Positions 1-9,182 of a stretch of DNA of 32,000 nucleotides are shown piece by piece. How positions within the stretch are numbered: position 1 is the stretch's first letter; every line of letters begins with the position of its first letter. Position numbers and translations under genes: made by a program. The notes beneath the pieces are model-generated. The model was not told the DNA's origin. It did not search any database and saw nothing but the letters and a program-made list of their open reading frames with translations. The DNA is from Bacillus subtilis subsp. subtilis str. 168 (GTDB taxonomy: Bacteria; Bacillota; Bacilli; Bacillales; Bacillaceae). The DNA lies in assembly GCF_000009045.1 (NCBI RefSeq), contig NC_000964.3, forward strand, positions 1,200,001-1,232,000, given 5' to 3'.

Positions 1-388
1 AAGCATCATCAGCCGCTTTCCGACTCTAGGCATTTGTCTCGGACATCAGCTGATCGCGCTCGCGTTTGGAGGGAATACTTTTAAGCTGCCATTCGGGCAC
101 AGGGGAGCTAATCATCCGGTCATCGACCGTAAGACGAAACGGGTCTTTATGACAAGCCAAAACCACAGCTATGTGGTTGATGAACAGTCGATTAATGAAG
201 AAGAGCTCACCATCAGGTTTCATCATGTCAATGATACGTCAGTTGAAGGGCTTGCCCATAAAAAACTGCCTGTCATGAGTGTTCAATTCCACCCGGAAGC
301 CCATCCCGGACCTGCGGAAAGCGAATGGATTTTTGATGATTATCTAAAGAATGTGATACCAGCAAGGAGAGAAATCGCGCATGCCTAA
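1..388 (+). CDS. carA: carbamoyl-phosphate synthase small (glutamine amidotransferase) subunit, arginine-pathway copy; C-terminal ~129 codons only, 5' end lies outside the window
   Basis: Frame 2 is open from base 2 to TAA 386-388; the track shows only the part after an internal Met at 149. The translation has the class-I amidotransferase motifs GICLGHQL (catalytic Cys) and VQFHPEA. The stop overlaps the carB ATG by 8 nt. Confidence 0.9.
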   Translation, partial: SIISRFPTLGICLGHQLIALAFGGNTFKLPFGHRGANHPVIDRKTKRVFMTSQNHSYVVDEQSINEEELTIRFHHVNDTSVEGLAHKKLPVMSVQFHPEAHPGPAESEWIFDDYLKNVIPARREIAHA

Positions 389-3300
389 AGACACCAGTAT
401 TTCAAGCATATTAGTAATTGGCTCAGGCCCGATCATCATCGGGCAGGCGGCAGAATTTGATTATTCAGGCACTCAAGGGTGCATCGCGCTGAAGGAGGAG
501 GGCTACCGGGTAATTCTCGTCAACAGCAATCCGGCGACAATTATGACTGATGAAGCCTTCGCTGATGAAATTTATTTTGAGCCTCTGACAGCAGAAAGCC
601 TGACAGCCATCATTAAGAAAGAACGGCCTGATGGGCTTCTTGCCAATTTAGGCGGTCAGACCGCGTTGAATTTAGCGGTGGAGCTTGAAGAAACGGGTGT
701 TTTAAAAGAGCACGGCGTCAAACTCCTCGGCACATCCGTTGAAACGATACAAAAAGGAGAGGACCGGGAAAAATTCCGTTCGTTAATGAATGAATTAAAA
801 CAGCCTGTGCCGGAGAGTGAAATTGTTGATAACGAGGCCGATGCCCTCCATTTTGCGGAATCCATCGGTTTTCCTGTTATTATCAGACCAGCTTACACAT
901 TAGGCGGAAAGGGCGGAGGAATCGCCCCTGATAAAGAAGCCTTTACAGCTATGATTAAGCAGGCGCTATTAGCAAGCCCGATCAATCAATGCCTTGTCGA
1001 AAAAAGCATTGCCGGCTTTAAAGAAATTGAATATGAAGTCATGCGTGACAGCAATAACACATGCATTACCGTCTGCAATATGGAAAATATCGATCCGGTC
1101 GGCGTGCATACAGGTGACTCTATCGTTGTGGCGCCGTCACAAACATTGACAGACGAAGACTATCAAATGCTGCGGACAGCAAGTCTGACGATCATCTCAG
1201 CACTTGATGTTGTAGGCGGCTGCAACATTCAATTCGCGCTTGATCCATTCAGCAAGCAATATTACGTCATTGAAGTGAATCCGCGTGTAAGCCGGTCATC
1301 GGCTCTCGCATCTAAAGCGACCGGTTATCCGATTGCGAAGATGGCCGCGAAACTGGCAGTCGGATACACTCTTGACGAGCTGAAAAATCCGCTCACAGGC
1401 TCGACTTACGCAAGCTTTGAACCGGCACTGGATTATGTGATCGTCAAATTTCCGCGCTGGCCGTTTGATAAATTCAAAAACGCAGACCGCAAGCTTGGCA
1501 CAAAAATGAAAGCCACCGGTGAAGTGATGGCGATTGAACGGAATTTAGAAGCGGCGATACAAAAGGCAGCCGCGTCGCTTGAATTAAAAAATATCGGGAC
1601 ACACCTTCCAGAGCTCAGCGGGTTGTCAATTGATACGCTATGGGATTTGGCAATCACTCCGGATGACCGCAGATTTTTCGTTGTCATGGAGCTGTTGAGC
1701 CGCAGCGTCTCGATTGATGACATCCATGAAAAAACAAAAATTGATCCGTTTTTCCTTCATACCTTTGACAACATCATCAAATTGGAAAACCGCCTGATGG
1801 AAGCAGGGAGCGATCTCTCTTTTGAATTATTGAAGAAAGCAAAGGAAAAGGGATTCTCAGACGCAACGATTGCCTCGCTGATCAGCAAAACAGAAGAAGA
1901 GGTGCGCGCGCTTCGCAAGGAGATGGGCATTACGCCTTCCTTTAAAATCGTAGATACATGCGCGGCAGAGTTTGATGCGAAAACAAACTATTTTTACTCC
2001 ACATATTTCGGAGAGACCGATGGAGACATCAGCCGCAAAGAGAAAAAACGCGCGCTCATTATCGGATCAGGCCCGATTCGGATCGGCCAAGGCGTTGAAT
2101 TTGATTACAGTGCTGTTCACGGTGTGCTGACACTGCAAGAGCTTGGGTTCGAAACCATCATGATTAACAATAACCCGGAAACTGTCAGCACCGATTATGA
2201 AATTGCGGACCGCCTGTATTTTGAACCGATGACAACGGAGCATATTGTAAACGTGGCGGAGCAGGAAAATATTGATTTTGCAATTGTGCAATTTGGCGGT
2301 CAAACTGCAATCAATGCTGCTGAAGCGCTCGAAAAAGCCGGCATTACTCTTCTTGGCACATCATTTCAAACGCTCGACGTGTTAGAGGATCGGGATCAAT
2401 TTTATCAGCTTCTTGACGAGCTGGGATTGAAGCACGCAAAAGGAGAAATTGCTTATACAAAAGAAGAAGCCGCTTCAAAAGCGAGTGAGATCGGCTATCC
2501 GGTGTTAATCCGCCCATCTTACGTTATCGGCGGAATGGGCATGATCATTGTTGACTCGCAAGCCCAGCTTTCTCAGCTGCTGAATGATGAGGACAGCATG
2601 CCATACCCGATTTTAATTGATCAGTATGTGTCTGGAAAGGAAGTCGAAATTGATTTGATTTCCGACGGCGAGGAAGTCTTTATCCCGACATATACCGAGC
2701 ATATTGAACGGGCAGGTGTCCATTCAGGGGACAGTTTTGCCATTCTTCCCGGACCGTCCATCACGAGCGGGCTGCAGCAGGGCATGAAAGATGCGGCACA
2801 AAAAATTGCCCGAAAACTTTCATTTAAAGGCATCATGAACATTCAATTTGTGATCGACAATGGAAACATACTCGTTCTTGAAGTGAATCCGAGAGCGAGC
2901 CGCACGGTTCCTGTCGTCAGCAAAGTAATGGGCGTTCCGATGATTCCGCTCGCCACACGTCTGCTGGCGGGAGCGTCCTTAAAAGATCTAAATCCGGCAG
3001 TTCAAAATCATCATGGAGTTGCCGTGAAGTTCCCTGTTTTTTCTTCTCATGCGATCCAGGATGTGGATGTCAAGCTTGGACCGGAAATGAAATCAACGGG
3101 AGAAGGCATGTGTGTCGCATATGATTCTAACAGCGCCTTGAAAAAAATCTATACAAGAGTCTGGAGTCAAAAAGGAAGCATTTATTTGCAAAACGTTCCG
3201 GAAGATGTGAAGGAGTTAGCAGAAAACGCAGGTTTTACAATACATGAAGGAACATTTGCCTCATGGATGGAACAGGAAGGAAACTCGCTCCACATTAATC

Positions 3301-3473
3301 TGAGCGGTTCTGAAGAAGCACGCAAAGAACGTTTGGAAGCCATGACGCACGGCATCCCCGTCTTTACAGAAGAAGAAACTGTGCGGGCGTTTTTACAAAG
3401 CGGTTCAGGCCATCCGCAGCCTGTATCTCTCAAAGACCTCTATAAAAAGGAAGTGGCATCATGCACACAGTGA
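381..3473 (+). CDS. carB: carbamoyl-phosphate synthase large subunit (arginine-specific)
   Basis: 1030-aa ORF with two duplicated ATP-grasp halves ([17 protein letters not shown] near the N-terminus, [17 protein letters not shown] near residue 560) and [12 protein letters not shown] / [12 protein letters not shown] motifs. It sits between carA and argF, which is the arg-operon context. Confidence 0.97.
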   Translation: MPKDTSISSILVIGSGPIIIGQAAEFDYSGTQGCIALKEEGYRVILVNSNPATIMTDEAFADEIYFEPLTAESLTAIIKKERPDGLLANLGGQTALNLAVELEETGVLKEHGVKLLGTSVETIQKGEDREKFRSLMNELKQPVPESEIVDNEADALHFAESIGFPVIIRPAYTLGGKGGGIAPDKEAFTAMIKQALLASPINQCLVEKSIAGFKEIEYEVMRDSNNTCITVCNMENIDPVGVHTGDSIVVAPSQTLTDEDYQMLRTASLTIISALDVVGGCNIQFALDPFSKQYYVIEVNPRVSRSSALASKATGYPIAKMAAKLAVGYTLDELKNPLTGSTYASFEPALDYVIVKFPRWPFDKFKNADRKLGTKMKATGEVMAIERNLEAAIQKAAASLELKNIGTHLPELSGLSIDTLWDLAITPDDRRFFVVMELLSRSVSIDDIHEKTKIDPFFLHTFDNIIKLENRLMEAGSDLSFELLKKAKEKGFSDATIASLISKTEEEVRALRKEMGITPSFKIVDTCAAEFDAKTNYFYSTYFGETDGDISRKEKKRALIIGSGPIRIGQGVEFDYSAVHGVLTLQELGFETIMINNNPETVSTDYEIADRLYFEPMTTEHIVNVAEQENIDFAIVQFGGQTAINAAEALEKAGITLLGTSFQTLDVLEDRDQFYQLLDELGLKHAKGEIAYTKEEAASKASEIGYPVLIRPSYVIGGMGMIIVDSQAQLSQLLNDEDSMPYPILIDQYVSGKEVEIDLISDGEEVFIPTYTEHIERAGVHSGDSFAILPGPSITSGLQQGMKDAAQKIARKLSFKGIMNIQFVIDNGNILVLEVNPRASRTVPVVSKVMGVPMIPLATRLLAGASLKDLNPAVQNHHGVAVKFPVFSSHAIQDVDVKLGPEMKSTGEGMCVAYDSNSALKKIYTRVWSQKGSIYLQNVPEDVKELAENAGFTIHEGTFASWMEQEGNSLHINLSGSEEARKERLEAMTHGIPVFTEEETVRAFLQSGSGHPQPVSLKDLYKKEVASCTQ

Positions 3474-4420
3474 CGCAAACCAGTTTATACGGAAAAGATT
3501 TATTAACGTTAAAGGACCTTAGTGAAGAAGATATAAACGCCTTGCTCGCAGAAGCCGGTGAGCTGAAACAAAACAAAATTCAGCCTATATTCCATGGCAA
3601 AACCTTGGCGATGATTTTTGAAAAATCATCAACGCGGACCCGTGTTTCATTTGAAGCGGGCATGGCGCAGCTGGGCGGGAGCGCCCTCTTTCTAAGCCAG
3701 AAAGATCTGCAGCTGGGGCGCGGTGAGACTGTCGCTGATACGGCAAAAGTGCTGTCAGGCTATGTGGATGCCATCATGATCCGGACCTTTGAACATGAAA
3801 AGGTGGAGGAACTTGCCAAAGAAGCTGACATTCCGGTGATCAATGGACTTACCGATAAATACCACCCATGCCAGGCGCTGGCGGATCTCTTGACGATTAA
3901 GGAGATAAAAGGGAAGCTTAAAGGCGTAAAAGTCGCGTACATCGGTGACGGAAATAACGTGGCGCACTCCTTGATGATCGGCTGCGCGAAAATGGGCTGT
4001 GATATCTCGATCGCTTCACCAAAGGGATATGAAGTGTTAGATGAAGCAGCTGAAGCGGCAAAGACATATGCACTTCAATCCGGCTCTTCTGTCACGCTGA
4101 CAGATGATCCGATTGAAGCTGTAAAAGACGCGGACGTGATTTATTCTGATGTGTTTACAAGCATGGGGCAGGAAGCGGAAGAGCAAGAACGTCTTGCTGT
4201 CTTTGCGCCTTATCAGGTGAATGCGGCGCTGGTCAGCCATGCCAAGCCTGACTATACATTTTTACATTGTCTCCCTGCGCATCGCGAGGAAGAAGTGACT
4301 GCGGAGATTATTGACGGGCCGAACTCTGCAGTGTTCCAGCAGGCGGAAAACCGTCTTCATGTGCAAAAAGCACTGCTGAAGGCCATTTTATATAAAGGGG
4401 AATCATCAAAAAACTGCTGA
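3461..4420 (+). CDS. argF: ornithine carbamoyltransferase
   Basis: 319 aa with STRTR (carbamoyl-phosphate site), HPCQ, DGNNV and HCLP motifs. ATG 3461 lies 13 nt inside the end of carB. A terminator follows. Confidence 0.96.
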   Translation: MHTVTQTSLYGKDLLTLKDLSEEDINALLAEAGELKQNKIQPIFHGKTLAMIFEKSSTRTRVSFEAGMAQLGGSALFLSQKDLQLGRGETVADTAKVLSGYVDAIMIRTFEHEKVEELAKEADIPVINGLTDKYHPCQALADLLTIKEIKGKLKGVKVAYIGDGNNVAHSLMIGCAKMGCDISIASPKGYEVLDEAAEAAKTYALQSGSSVTLTDDPIEAVKDADVIYSDVFTSMGQEAEEQERLAVFAPYQVNAALVSHAKPDYTFLHCLPAHREEEVTAEIIDGPNSAVFQQAENRLHVQKALLKAILYKGESSKNC

Positions 4421-4441
4421 GCCAAACTCAGCAGTTTTTTT
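4408..4441 (+). terminator. intrinsic terminator ending the arg operon
   Basis: Stem CTGCTGAG (4414-4421) / CTCAGCAG (4427-4434), 5-nt loop, then a T7 run at 4435-4441. The argF stop codon lies within the 5' arm. Confidence 0.85.
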
Positions 4442-4505
4442 GATGGCAACATATTCACAGCCGCTTAGGCGCATACTACAGCAAAAAGGAAAAGGAGGAA
4501 AAACA

Positions 4506-4685
4506 GTGGGACAGCAGCACCAATTCCGGCCCGGACAGAAAGCGCCTAATAACGGTGTCTACGTAGAAATCGGCGAGACAGGGAGCATGGTTAAAAACCC
4601 TCAAAAGGTCCATCTGTCAGCAGGGGAAATGTTCCCCGAAACATCAAACCACAACCGGCTGTGGACCTACAAAAGAAAGCCGTGA
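4506..4685 (+). CDS. yjzC: small conserved protein of unknown function (59 aa)
   Basis: The track ORF starts at 4440, which falls inside the argF terminator T-run. AAAGGAGG at 4490-4497 precedes GTG 4506 by 8 nt, giving the 59-aa product MGQQHQFRPGQKAPNNGVYVEIGETG... Confidence 0.75.
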   Translation: MGQQHQFRPGQKAPNNGVYVEIGETGSMVKNPQKVHLSAGEMFPETSNHNRLWTYKRKP

Positions 4686-4690
4686 CCACT

Positions 4691-4725
4691 AAAAAACCCA
4701 AAACAATAAATGTTTTGGGTTTTTG
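4691..4725. terminator. bidirectional intrinsic terminator shared by convergent yjzC and yjzD
   Basis: AAAAAACCCAAAACA / TGTTTTGGGTTTTT palindrome with a 5-nt loop. It has an A-run on one side and a T-run on the other, so it can terminate on both strands. Confidence 0.85.
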
Positions 4726-4730
4726 GCTTT

Positions 4731-4916
4731 TTAATGCTGGCTTGCATTTTTGTTCATAGGCATGATTTCTGCTAAAACCATGATTAAGACATACAGTACA
4801 ACAGCAATGACAGATGATGTTTTGAAATTATACGTAACGCTGTTCATGCTTGCAACCAAGTAGCATGCCATATGTGATAAAAGGAACGTCCAAATAAAGG
4901 CAATAATATATCGCAC
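4731..4916 (-). CDS. yjzD: small membrane protein (61 aa, two predicted hydrophobic helices)
   Basis: 61-aa ORF MRYIIAFIWTFLLSHMACYLVAS...AVVLYVLIMVLAEIM. On the minus strand GAGGTGGAAA (4921-4930) precedes the ATG. It ends at the bidirectional terminator. Confidence 0.7.
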   Translation of the reverse strand: MRYIIAFIWTFLLSHMACYLVASMNSVTYNFKTSSVIAVVLYVLIMVLAEIMPMNKNASQH

Positions 4917-5164
4917 GTTTCCACCTCGTCCTTCTCATTCTATTCTAAAAGTTATCATACCATACAAAAAGCGAAGGGGGAATCCAATTTTAGCAGAAAG
5001 TGAGGTGACAAAAGAGTCTGATTCGTCACACTTTAATGGTAAAATATAAAACGTCAATCAGTATAATAGCCAAAAATGTAAAAGGCTAGGACTTTACCTT
5101 ATTCGTTTCTTTTCTATTTACATAAGATAGCGTGAGATGAAGTGTGAAAGGAGGCGGGCAAGCG

Positions 5165-5899
5165 ATGGGAATAACGGAAAGATACTTTCAACTGGGAACG
5201 GAGCATAATGTCATTCATCTGCCCTATCGCCCGAACGGCTTCGGCATCTTTATCTTGGGGGACAGAACCCACTTTGTCGGACATGATTCAAGCTTTTGGC
5301 AGCAGCATTATGGCAGAAATCAGCTTCTGAGCATGTTGATGAATGAAGGATACACTCTTTTTAACAGCAATCTGTTCGGAAGGCATTGGGGGGCGGAAAA
5401 AGCAGTCACCTATGCCAAACAGCTGATACATTCTGTGCTGAAGCAGGAAATCCTCAATCCGAAGATTCATATTTTAGCAGAAGGCATGGGTGCTCTCGTG
5501 GCCGATGAACTGCTTCGTTTTTCCCCGGATCATATCCGCTCAGCCGCAATGTTGAATCCTTGTCTCGATCTTCAGGCACATTATGAATCGGAAAAAGAAA
5601 ATAAATTTTTCTATAAGCAATTTTTGAAAGAAGTATCGAAAAGCTACGGAATTTCTGAAAAAGAAGCGGAAGCGATTCGTTATAAAACAATTCAAAGCTA
5701 CCCGAGCGGCGTACCGGTTCATATATGGCAGCGTATGACCGGAGCTCCATATCCCTACAGCGTACATGCGGAAGTTTTCAAGGAAAAACAGCAAAAGCAA
5801 GGCTCACCGGTCGACATGACATTTCATTTATTTGAGCATCCAAGCAGAATTTATGCATCAATTTGCAAATTCTTTCATAGTCATGAAAAAGAATTATAG
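5165..5899 (+). CDS. yjaU: uncharacterised protein, alpha/beta-hydrolase-like by eye
   Basis: The ORF is open from GTG 5144, but AAAGGAGG at 5147-5154 lies inside that extension and sits 10 nt before ATG 5165, so 5165 is preferred (244 aa). A terminator follows at 5913-5947. Confidence 0.75.
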
Positions 5900-5912
5900 A
5901 GAATATAATGAC

Positions 5913-5947
5913 AACAGCCTTCTCTTTTGCGGAGGCTGTTTTGTTTT
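5913..5947 (+). terminator. intrinsic terminator after yjaU
   Basis: AACAGCCTTC (5913-5922) pairs with GGAGGCTGTT (5931-5940), including one G-U pair. The loop is 8 nt and TTGTTTT follows. Confidence 0.75.
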
Positions 5948-5980
5948 GGGAAATGAAAAACCGGAAGGGCGGCAGATGCA

Positions 5981-6538
5981 ATGGAATCAACGCTGATTGT
6001 AGGTGCGGACGAATTTTTCGGCCTTTCATTATGTGAGCGAATGATGGATGAAGGCATACATGTTGACGTTGTTCTGGCGGAAACAGAAGATAAAATGAGA
6101 CAAATGTACTTAGAAGAAAGACTCATGTGGCTTGGGAGAAATGAACTCTTTCGCCAGCTTGAACACATTGGAGACCAAAATTATGATACAATTTGTATCC
6201 AGTTCGGAAGTTTTTTGCCTTTAGACCAATATGATTCTCCTTATATTTTAGTATATGAAGAAGACCGAAAAGAATGGGATAAACGTGAAAAAACAGGCTC
6301 GGAAAAAACCGTGATCCTGCCGAAAATGTACGGGCCATGGAAAGAAGAAACAGAGGAAGACGGCTATTACACAAACGACGTGGCTGACGAGTTGCTGAGA
6401 TTCCTGTTAGAACCAAGCCGTCATAGCAAAGATCAGCTTTTTGAATTGCAAGTCACAGAGAAAACCTCAAAAGAAGAAGCAAAAACAAAAATTATCGAGT
6501 GGAAAAGACAATTTTCATCAATTTTCGACAAATATTAA
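5981..6538 (+). CDS. yjaV: uncharacterised acidic protein (185 aa)
   Basis: ATG 5981 is preceded by GGAAGGG (5963-5969). Codon usage is coherent across the ORF. The N-terminus LIVGADEFFGLSLCERMMDEG resembles a degenerate Rossmann start. Confidence 0.75.
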   Translation: MESTLIVGADEFFGLSLCERMMDEGIHVDVVLAETEDKMRQMYLEERLMWLGRNELFRQLEHIGDQNYDTICIQFGSFLPLDQYDSPYILVYEEDRKEWDKREKTGSEKTVILPKMYGPWKEETEEDGYYTNDVADELLRFLLEPSRHSKDQLFELQVTEKTSKEEAKTKIIEWKRQFSSIFDKY

Positions 6539-6628
6539 GAAAAACCTTCCATGTTTCGAGTTTTCTAGATACAATAAACGTATAAAAATAATACATGTTA
6601 TAGCTTGTCAAAAGGAGTTGAACATGAC

Positions 6629-7582
6629 TTGATCACAAGGCTTGTCATGATCTTTTCTGTCCTCCTTTTATTGAGTGGATGTGGACAAACTCCGTTCAAA
6701 GGAAAAATTGAGAAGGTCGGCATGCTCTTTCCTGATACGATTAATGACCTCGTATGGGGCACAAAAGGGTATAAAGGATTACTGAATATACAATCCAAAT
6801 ACAATGTGGACGTCTATTATAAAGAAGGCGTTAAAACAGAAGAAGATATCATAAATGCGATTGAGGATTTTCATAAGAGGGGCGTCAATCTGCTCTACGG
6901 CCATGGGAGTGAATATGCTGAGGTGTTTAACTTGGTCGGCGAAGATTATCCAGATATGGAATTCGTCATTTCCAATGCGAAAGCGAAAGCTGATAATGTA
7001 ACAAGTGTCCATTTTAGCGGGGAAGCAATGGGCTTTTTTGGAGGAATGACTGCTGCCCATATGTCGAAAACGAATCAGGTCGGTGTAATTGCTTCCTTTA
7101 CGTGGCAGCCTGAGGTTGACGGTTTTATCAAAGGGGCCAAGTATGAAAATCCGGATATAGAGGTAAATACGAAATATACGGATCATTGGGATGATGATAC
7201 AACAGCAGTAAAGCTTTATCAGAAAATGAAGAACGAAGGCGCGGATGTTGTGTATCCCGCCGGAGACGGGTATAATGTTCCTGTTATTCAGCAAATCAAA
7301 AAAGACGGTCTTTATGCCATAGGCTACGTCACAGATCAATCGGATCTGGGCGAGAATACCGTATTAACCAGCACGGTGCAAAATGTGGACAAGGCCTATG
7401 AAATCATTGCTGAACAATTTAATAAAGGCACCCTTGAGGGCGGCGATCATTACTACGACCTGAACACGGGAGTCGTTGAGATGGGAACATTCAGCCCGCT
7501 CGTCGATCAAGACTTTCAGCAAAGAATCGCCAAGCTGATCAAAACATACAACAAAACAGGCGAGCTGCCAAAAAACGAGTAA
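6629..7582 (+). CDS. med: Med, membrane-anchored lipoprotein of the BMP/PnrA substrate-binding-like family; positive regulator of comK
   Basis: The track start TTG 6605 would contain the SD. AAAGGAG at 6611-6617 lies 11 nt before in-frame TTG 6629, giving 317 aa. The signal peptide ends in the lipobox LLLSGC. Confidence 0.85.
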   Translation: MITRLVMIFSVLLLLSGCGQTPFKGKIEKVGMLFPDTINDLVWGTKGYKGLLNIQSKYNVDVYYKEGVKTEEDIINAIEDFHKRGVNLLYGHGSEYAEVFNLVGEDYPDMEFVISNAKAKADNVTSVHFSGEAMGFFGGMTAAHMSKTNQVGVIASFTWQPEVDGFIKGAKYENPDIEVNTKYTDHWDDDTTAVKLYQKMKNEGADVVYPAGDGYNVPVIQQIKKDGLYAIGYVTDQSDLGENTVLTSTVQNVDKAYEIIAEQFNKGTLEGGDHYYDLNTGVVEMGTFSPLVDQDFQQRIAKLIKTYNKTGELPKNE

Positions 7583-7596
7583 TGGAGTGACGTCAC

Positions 7597-7788
7597 ATGC
7601 AGCACGAAAAATCACTTGAATTCTTGCAAATTGCCATGAAATATCTCCCTGAAGCGAAAGAACAGCTTGAGAAATCAGGCATTGAGCTCTCAATGGAGGC
7701 CATCCAGCCGTTTATGAATCTATTTACAACGGTAATGGCGGAAGCTTATGAGCTTGGCAAGTCTGACGCTAAATCTGAAACAGAATAA
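7597..7788 (+). CDS. comZ: ComZ, small competence regulator (63 aa)
   Basis: 63-aa ORF starting 14 nt after med. GGAGTGA lies 7 nt upstream of the ATG. A terminator follows directly. Confidence 0.85.
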   Translation: MQHEKSLEFLQIAMKYLPEAKEQLEKSGIELSMEAIQPFMNLFTTVMAEAYELGKSDAKSETE

Positions 7789-7819
7789 GAAGAAGCCACT
7801 TTTTTGAAAGTGGCTTTTC
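7789..7819. terminator. bidirectional terminator between comZ and yjzB
   Basis: AAGCCACTT (7793-7801) / AAGTGGCTT (7808-7816), 6-nt loop, TT C A follows. The yjzB stop (7818-7820) abuts it. Confidence 0.75.
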
Positions 7820-8057
7820 ACATGATTTTCTTTTTAATAGCGGAGAGCATGGGCGCAAGCTCCTTTAAAGCGGGCTTGATTTGATCAAGAGAGTTCATAA
7901 TTGAACCGATTTGGTCCATAATATGCATGTAATTAATCGTCTCTTCGTCGTTTGTCTGAGAAACCTGAGAAACTTCCTCTTGCTGTTCCTCCTCCTTCTC
8001 TTCTGTTGGTTTTGCTGCATCGCCGAACATCATTCTTGAAAACACATCCAACTGCAT
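7818..8057 (-). CDS. yjzB: small acidic protein of unknown function (79 aa)
   Basis: The track ORF runs up to ATG 8126, which lies inside the fabHA -35 box. GGAAAGGAGG (minus strand, 8070-8061) precedes internal ATG 8057, but the spacing is only 3 nt, so the start is not certain. Confidence 0.6.
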   Translation of the reverse strand: MQLDVFSRMMFGDAAKPTEEKEEEQQEEVSQVSQTNDEETINYMHIMDQIGSIMNSLDQIKPALKELAPMLSAIKKKIM

Positions 8058-8119
8058 ACGCCTCCTTTCCATATACCATACTCTATGAGTAAGATGAACT
8101 GATAGTTTAGACGAATATA

Positions 8120-8148
8120 TTGCCATGTGAAAAAAAATAGGATAGAAT
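8120..8148 (+). promoter_or_regulatory. sigma-A promoter of fabHA-fabF
   Basis: TTGCCA (8120-8125), 17-bp spacer, TAGAAT (8143-8148), about 75 nt upstream of the fabHA ATG. Confidence 0.7.
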
Positions 8149-8164
8149 TAGTACCTGATACTAA
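8148..8164. promoter_or_regulatory. FapR operator (17-bp inverted repeat)
   Basis: TTAGTACCTGATACTAA has inverted arms TTAGTA/TACTAA and abuts the -10 box. It matches the FapR operator type described for the B. subtilis fap regulon, of which fabHA-fabF is a member. Confidence 0.8.
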
Positions 8165-8221
8165 TAATTGATCACAACCTGATTGATCTTCTAAATTTAA
8201 GATATAAAGGAGTCTTCCCTA

Positions 8222-9160
8222 ATGAAAGCTGGAATACTTGGTGTTGGACGTTACATTCCTGAGAAGGTTTTAACAAATCATGATCTTGAAAAAATGGTTG
8301 AAACTTCTGACGAGTGGATTCGTACAAGAACAGGAATAGAAGAAAGAAGAATCGCAGCAGATGATGTGTTTTCATCACATATGGCTGTTGCAGCAGCGAA
8401 AAATGCGCTGGAACAAGCTGAAGTGGCTGCTGAGGATCTGGATATGATCTTGGTTGCAACTGTTACACCTGATCAGTCATTCCCTACGGTCTCTTGTATG
8501 ATTCAAGAACAACTCGGCGCGAAGAAAGCGTGTGCTATGGATATCAGCGCGGCTTGTGCGGGCTTCATGTACGGGGTTGTAACCGGTAAACAATTTATTG
8601 AATCCGGAACCTACAAGCATGTTCTAGTTGTTGGTGTAGAGAAGCTCTCAAGCATTACCGACTGGGAAGACCGCAATACAGCCGTTCTGTTTGGAGACGG
8701 AGCAGGCGCTGCGGTAGTCGGGCCAGTCAGTGATGACAGAGGAATCCTTTCATTTGAACTAGGAGCCGACGGCACAGGCGGTCAGCACTTGTATCTGAAT
8801 GAAAAACGACATACAATCATGAATGGACGAGAAGTTTTCAAATTTGCAGTCCGCCAAATGGGAGAATCATGCGTAAATGTCATTGAAAAAGCCGGACTTT
8901 CAAAAGAGGATGTCGACTTTTTGATTCCGCATCAGGCGAACATCCGTATCATGGAAGCTGCTCGCGAGCGTTTAGAGCTTCCTGTCGAAAAGATGTCTAA
9001 AACTGTTCATAAATATGGAAATACTTCTGCCGCATCCATTCCGATCTCTCTTGTAGAAGAATTGGAAGCCGGTAAAATCAAAGACGGCGATGTGGTCGTT
9101 ATGGTAGGGTTCGGCGGAGGACTAACATGGGGCGCCATTGCAATCCGCTGGGGCCGATAA
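8222..9160 (+). CDS. fabHA: 3-oxoacyl-ACP synthase III (KAS III)
   Basis: 312 aa. Catalytic triad context: DISAACAGF (Cys), IPHQANIRI (His), GNTSAASIP (Asn). AAAGGAG lies 8 nt before the ATG. Confidence 0.96.
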
Positions 9161-9182
9161 AAAAAGGTGAGGTGCACACAAG

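Noticed and set aside
656-3433. Minus-strand ORFs inside carB (656-865, 1433-1723, 2067-2303, 2621-2842, 3182-3433)
   Set aside because: They are antisense to a strongly supported 1030-aa gene, lack SD sequences and give low-complexity or Ser/Cys-rich translations. This is typical of shadow ORFs.
5288-6416. Series of overlapping minus-strand ORFs across yjaU and yjaV (5288-5470, 5454-5750, 5540-5800, 5778-6029, 5881-6168, 6123-6416)
   Set aside because: They overlap each other in different frames, have no SDs and give Phe/Leu/Ser/Arg-rich translations, as expected for antisense reading of A/G-rich coding DNA. One of them reads through the yjaU terminator.
6779-7339. 186-aa minus-strand ORF inside med
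   Set aside because: It is fully antisense to med, which has a signal peptide, lipobox and family similarity. Its Ile/Phe/Arg-rich product is characteristic of antisense reading of AT-rich coding DNA. It has no SD.
7586-7593. Perfect 8-bp palindrome TGACGTCA between med and comZ
   Set aside because: It overlaps the comZ SD region (GGAGTGA) and is short enough to occur by chance. No bacterial regulator I can name is tied to this site in this context.
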